Notes under the pieces: model-generated
Database searches by the model: none
What the model saw: only the letters and a program-made list of their open reading frames with translations
Told to the model about the DNA's origin: nothing
Made by a program: the position numbers and the translations under genes
Part shown: positions 61,200-64,000 of the stretch, one piece after another
Numbering within the stretch: the stretch's first letter is position 1
How the letters are laid out: each line of letters begins with the position of its first letter
Origin: Gammaproteobacteria bacterium
GTDB taxonomy: Bacteria; Pseudomonadota; Gammaproteobacteria; Eutrophobiales; Eutrophobiaceae
Direction of reading: 5' to 3'
Assembly (NCBI GenBank): GCA_965221695.1
Contig: OZ244905.1
Location: 1,568,001 to 1,632,000, forward strand
Length of the DNA: 64,000 bases

Positions 61200-63791
61200 C
61201 TAATAACTCACTCTCAGGTTGACCCCGCCCCAGCGTGGTTTCTCAAAGGAAATCTCGTCCGCGCCGCCGATGGTCGCCAGGTCAAACGTGGTCGTCTGAG
61301 TGCGCGAGTTGGAGAAATTCTTTATGAAACCTGCGATGGAATAACGTCCGTCCGCGCTGCTCCACTGGATGCGGGCATTGCCGATCCAGCTCGACGGCAT
61401 GACATGGCTATCAAAATTATTGACGTTGCTGAAACTGGACGAGGCGTAGGTGCCGTCCAGTTGCAGCGTGACCGAACCGCCGATGATGGCATTTGGCACG
61501 GTGTACCGGCCCACCCCGGAAAACTGGACTTGCGGTGTGAAGGTCGGCTCGACATCCCTGAAGGTATCGTCCGCCACCTCCAGGTCCTGCACTTCGGGGT
61601 CGATGTAGCTAAAGCCGAGCCAGATGTCCGAGTTTTCCATCGGGGAGGCTATCAGTTCCGCCTCGAACCCCCACGACTCGGCATCGGCATTGAACACCGC
61701 CCCGGAGGTGCCGACGAACTGGAATGCCTGGTAGTCGTTGTAATCATAATAATAGGCGGAGACGTTCAACCGGGCCTTGCCGCCGAGCAAGGTGGACTTG
61801 AAACCGGCTTCATAGGCCACCAACGCTTCTTCCTTGTAGCCGTACTCGTCCTGGGTAAGCGCGGTCAACAGGGGACCATTGAAGTTGCCCGCTTTCACCC
61901 CGCGATTGACACCGGCATAGAGCAGCAGGTCGTCGTTGGGAGAGTAACTGAGTTGTATCTTGCCGGACCAAAGGAAGTCCGAAGTTTTGTCCGCATAGGG
62001 GTCAAGGAACTCAAGCGGCACACCGGGCGCAAAAATGAGGCTCAACGGTTCGGCGCCGGCAAACTGCGCGCCGTCCGGGTAGGCATCCCTGACGTTGCGA
62101 TACAGGCGGTTGGTGAAAGAAAAGTCCTTCTCCTCAATGATGCCGCGAAACCCGGCTGTGACCATCAACTGGTCGGTCAAATCGAAATCCACATGGCCGA
62201 ACAGGGAATAGGAATCGGTCTTGAGGTCGGTATCCGTAGTCGCCTCCAAGTACAGGTCGCCTTGGGAAAAGCCGGTCTCACCCGTGATGATGTTCAGCGG
62301 CGTTCCACCGACACCCGGCACAAAAAATGGGATGCCGTTATCGGAGTTGAGCACAGGGCCAAAAAAATAGCCGCCGAAAATGTTCAGTCCGCCGATGGTA
62401 TCCGCAAGCCCCTGGGCAGCCCTGACGTCGATATTCAGGTAATAGGCGCCGGCAATCCAGCGCATGCGATCCGCCTCGCCTTCCAGGCGGATTTCCTGAG
62501 AGAACCAGTCCATATCGGTCTGCCGGAAAAAGATGAACTGCGGCACGGGAGCGTCCCCAACGTCCAATGACTGACGGTGCTTGATATTAGAAAAAGCGCT
62601 GACCGATACCAGCCTGGCGAAATCCATGTCCCAGGTCAGCTTGCCAGAAATGGAATACATATCCACCTCGTTGCCTGGATAAGGGGTGTGATCGTTAGGG
62701 CCAGCGAAATCATGGATGGGGTCCGGATCGAAATAACCGAACAGGTCGCCCTGATCATTGGGGCGGATTCCGTCGAGGTCGCCGTCAAAAACAGAATCCA
62801 CGCAGCCGCCGTCGGTCACCCTGACCATCTCGCAAGTGGTGCGCACATCCGTTTGGAACTTGGTATTCACCGTATCGTCGAACACACCGTCGCCATCGGT
62901 GTCGTCCACGAATGCGACCGTGGGGATACTGTTATAAGCCGCCGGGGCCCACCTTTGCTCGCCGTAGTTGCCGGAAAGCAGAAATTCCACATCCTCGTTA
63001 GGCTCGAACAGCAACTGGCCGCGAAGACCCCAGGTCTCTTCGCCATACTTGTCATTCACGTCAGGAATGGGGTTGAAGGTAGCGGGCCGGCCCACAGCCT
63101 GCAACAAGCCTGGCACCGGCGGCATGTCCTCTGGAGTGAACGGGTTGTCGATAAGCTCGTCATGGTGGATGTAAACGCCGGATAGACGGGCTGAAAGAGT
63201 CTCCGACAAACCGCCGCTCACCGCCCCTTCCGCCCTGATCGTGTCATAACTGCCGTAGGTGAAGTCGGCAAACGCCTCGGGTTCCTGGGAAGGCTTGTTG
63301 GTAATAAAGTGGATTAACCCGCCGGTCGCATTGCGGCCGAACAGAGTGCCCTGCGGGCCTTTCAATATTTCCACCCTTTGCATATCGAAGTTGGCAAACA
63401 ACTGGGCCTGTTGGGCCGCCTGGTAGACTTCGTCCACGTACATGGCATTGGGCGCCTCGGCATGGTCTGCAAAGTCATTCTGGGTGGCGCCACGGATGGT
63501 AAACTCGTTACGCTGGTCGCCGCCGCCGCCGGACATGGAAACCCCCGGAGAGTAGCGAGCTATTTCCACGCTGTTGGCAAATCCCAGCGCGTCCATCTGT
63601 TCGCCGCTGATGGCCGTGATGGCGATGCCTACATCCTGGATGGATTGCTCGCGTTTCTGCGCAGTGACAATGACTTCCTCCAGCAAACCGCTCTGGGAAA
63701 GCGCTGGCTGGAAAGGAAAAACGATGAACATCAAGACCGGGAACAGGCTCCCGATAGCGGAAAGACCGGACGCTGCGCGCTTCATATTCAT
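61200..63791 (-). CDS. TonB-dependent receptor (paralog of 55194-57626)
   Basis: LEEVIVTAQKREQS, RVEILKGPQGTLFGRNATGG, terminal RVSY. Confidence 0.95.
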   Translation of the reverse strand: MNMKRAASGLSAIGSLFPVLMFIVFPFQPALSQSGLLEEVIVTAQKREQSIQDVGIAITAISGEQMDALGFANSVEIARYSPGVSMSGGGGDQRNEFTIRGATQNDFADHAEAPNAMYVDEVYQAAQQAQLFANFDMQRVEILKGPQGTLFGRNATGGLIHFITNKPSQEPEAFADFTYGSYDTIRAEGAVSGGLSETLSARLSGVYIHHDELIDNPFTPEDMPPVPGLLQAVGRPATFNPIPDVNDKYGEETWGLRGQLLFEPNEDVEFLLSGNYGEQRWAPAAYNSIPTVAFVDDTDGDGVFDDTVNTKFQTDVRTTCEMVRVTDGGCVDSVFDGDLDGIRPNDQGDLFGYFDPDPIHDFAGPNDHTPYPGNEVDMYSISGKLTWDMDFARLVSVSAFSNIKHRQSLDVGDAPVPQFIFFRQTDMDWFSQEIRLEGEADRMRWIAGAYYLNIDVRAAQGLADTIGGLNIFGGYFFGPVLNSDNGIPFFVPGVGGTPLNIITGETGFSQGDLYLEATTDTDLKTDSYSLFGHVDFDLTDQLMVTAGFRGIIEEKDFSFTNRLYRNVRDAYPDGAQFAGAEPLSLIFAPGVPLEFLDPYADKTSDFLWSGKIQLSYSPNDDLLLYAGVNRGVKAGNFNGPLLTALTQDEYGYKEEALVAYEAGFKSTLLGGKARLNVSAYYYDYNDYQAFQFVGTSGAVFNADAESWGFEAELIASPMENSDIWLGFSYIDPEVQDLEVADDTFRDVEPTFTPQVQFSGVGRYTVPNAIIGGSVTLQLDGTYASSSFSNVNNFDSHVMPSSWIGNARIQWSSADGRYSIAGFIKNFSNSRTQTTTFDLATIGGADEISFEKPRWGGVNLRVSY

Positions 63792-64000
63792 TCCCCACTT
63801 TTTGTATTCTCTGCCAATTTACCTGATTATATAGTGGTTGGTCAACAGGTTGCCTGATCCGAATCAATCCGGTTTTCCATGTCTCGCCAGTGATGTTAAC
63901 ATGGCGCGGTCGTAAGGTTTTTCGAGCAGGCATTGGTATTTTGATAATGAGGGGGGCTTAATTCCATGGCTGATATTCCGATCCGGGAAATGGAAGACAA

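Overview
Chromosomal window from a gammaproteobacterium, moderately GC-rich by eye. 1-24.5 kb is housekeeping: start of the dcw cluster, rnpB, rsmI-lpoA-yraN-diaA/gmhA-dolP, petABC-sspA, bamD, sucCD-nadE, suhB/trmJ, prpD-ppdK, tRNA-Gly, thiSG-trmB-cysQ. 24.5-30 kb is an accessory patch: a toxin-antitoxin pair, a peroxiredoxin-like gene with an in-frame UGA at the UxxC site plus a SECIS-like hairpin (probable selenoprotein, split by the ORF track), a small islet at tRNA-Phe bounded by a 15-bp repeat, guanine deaminase and a broken BrnT. After yggX-mutY-asmA-argH comes an orphan conjugation trio (VirB11-like ATPase, MobB-like coupling protein, TrbM/KikA). 43.9-51.3 kb is a defence-like island. 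Its most striking feature is two direct copies of a ~0.7-0.8 kb unit (promoter, structured leader RNA, length-variable coiled-coil membrane gene, conserved 145-bp tail) bracketing an AT-rich cargo with a HipA-like kinase/DUF3037-like pair. 51.4-64 kb is a catabolic/uptake locus with two TonB-dependent receptors, an amidase, an amidohydrolase, a PQQ quinohemoprotein dehydrogenase, an MFS transporter and a hydrolase. All family calls come from motif recognition by eye; no searches were run.
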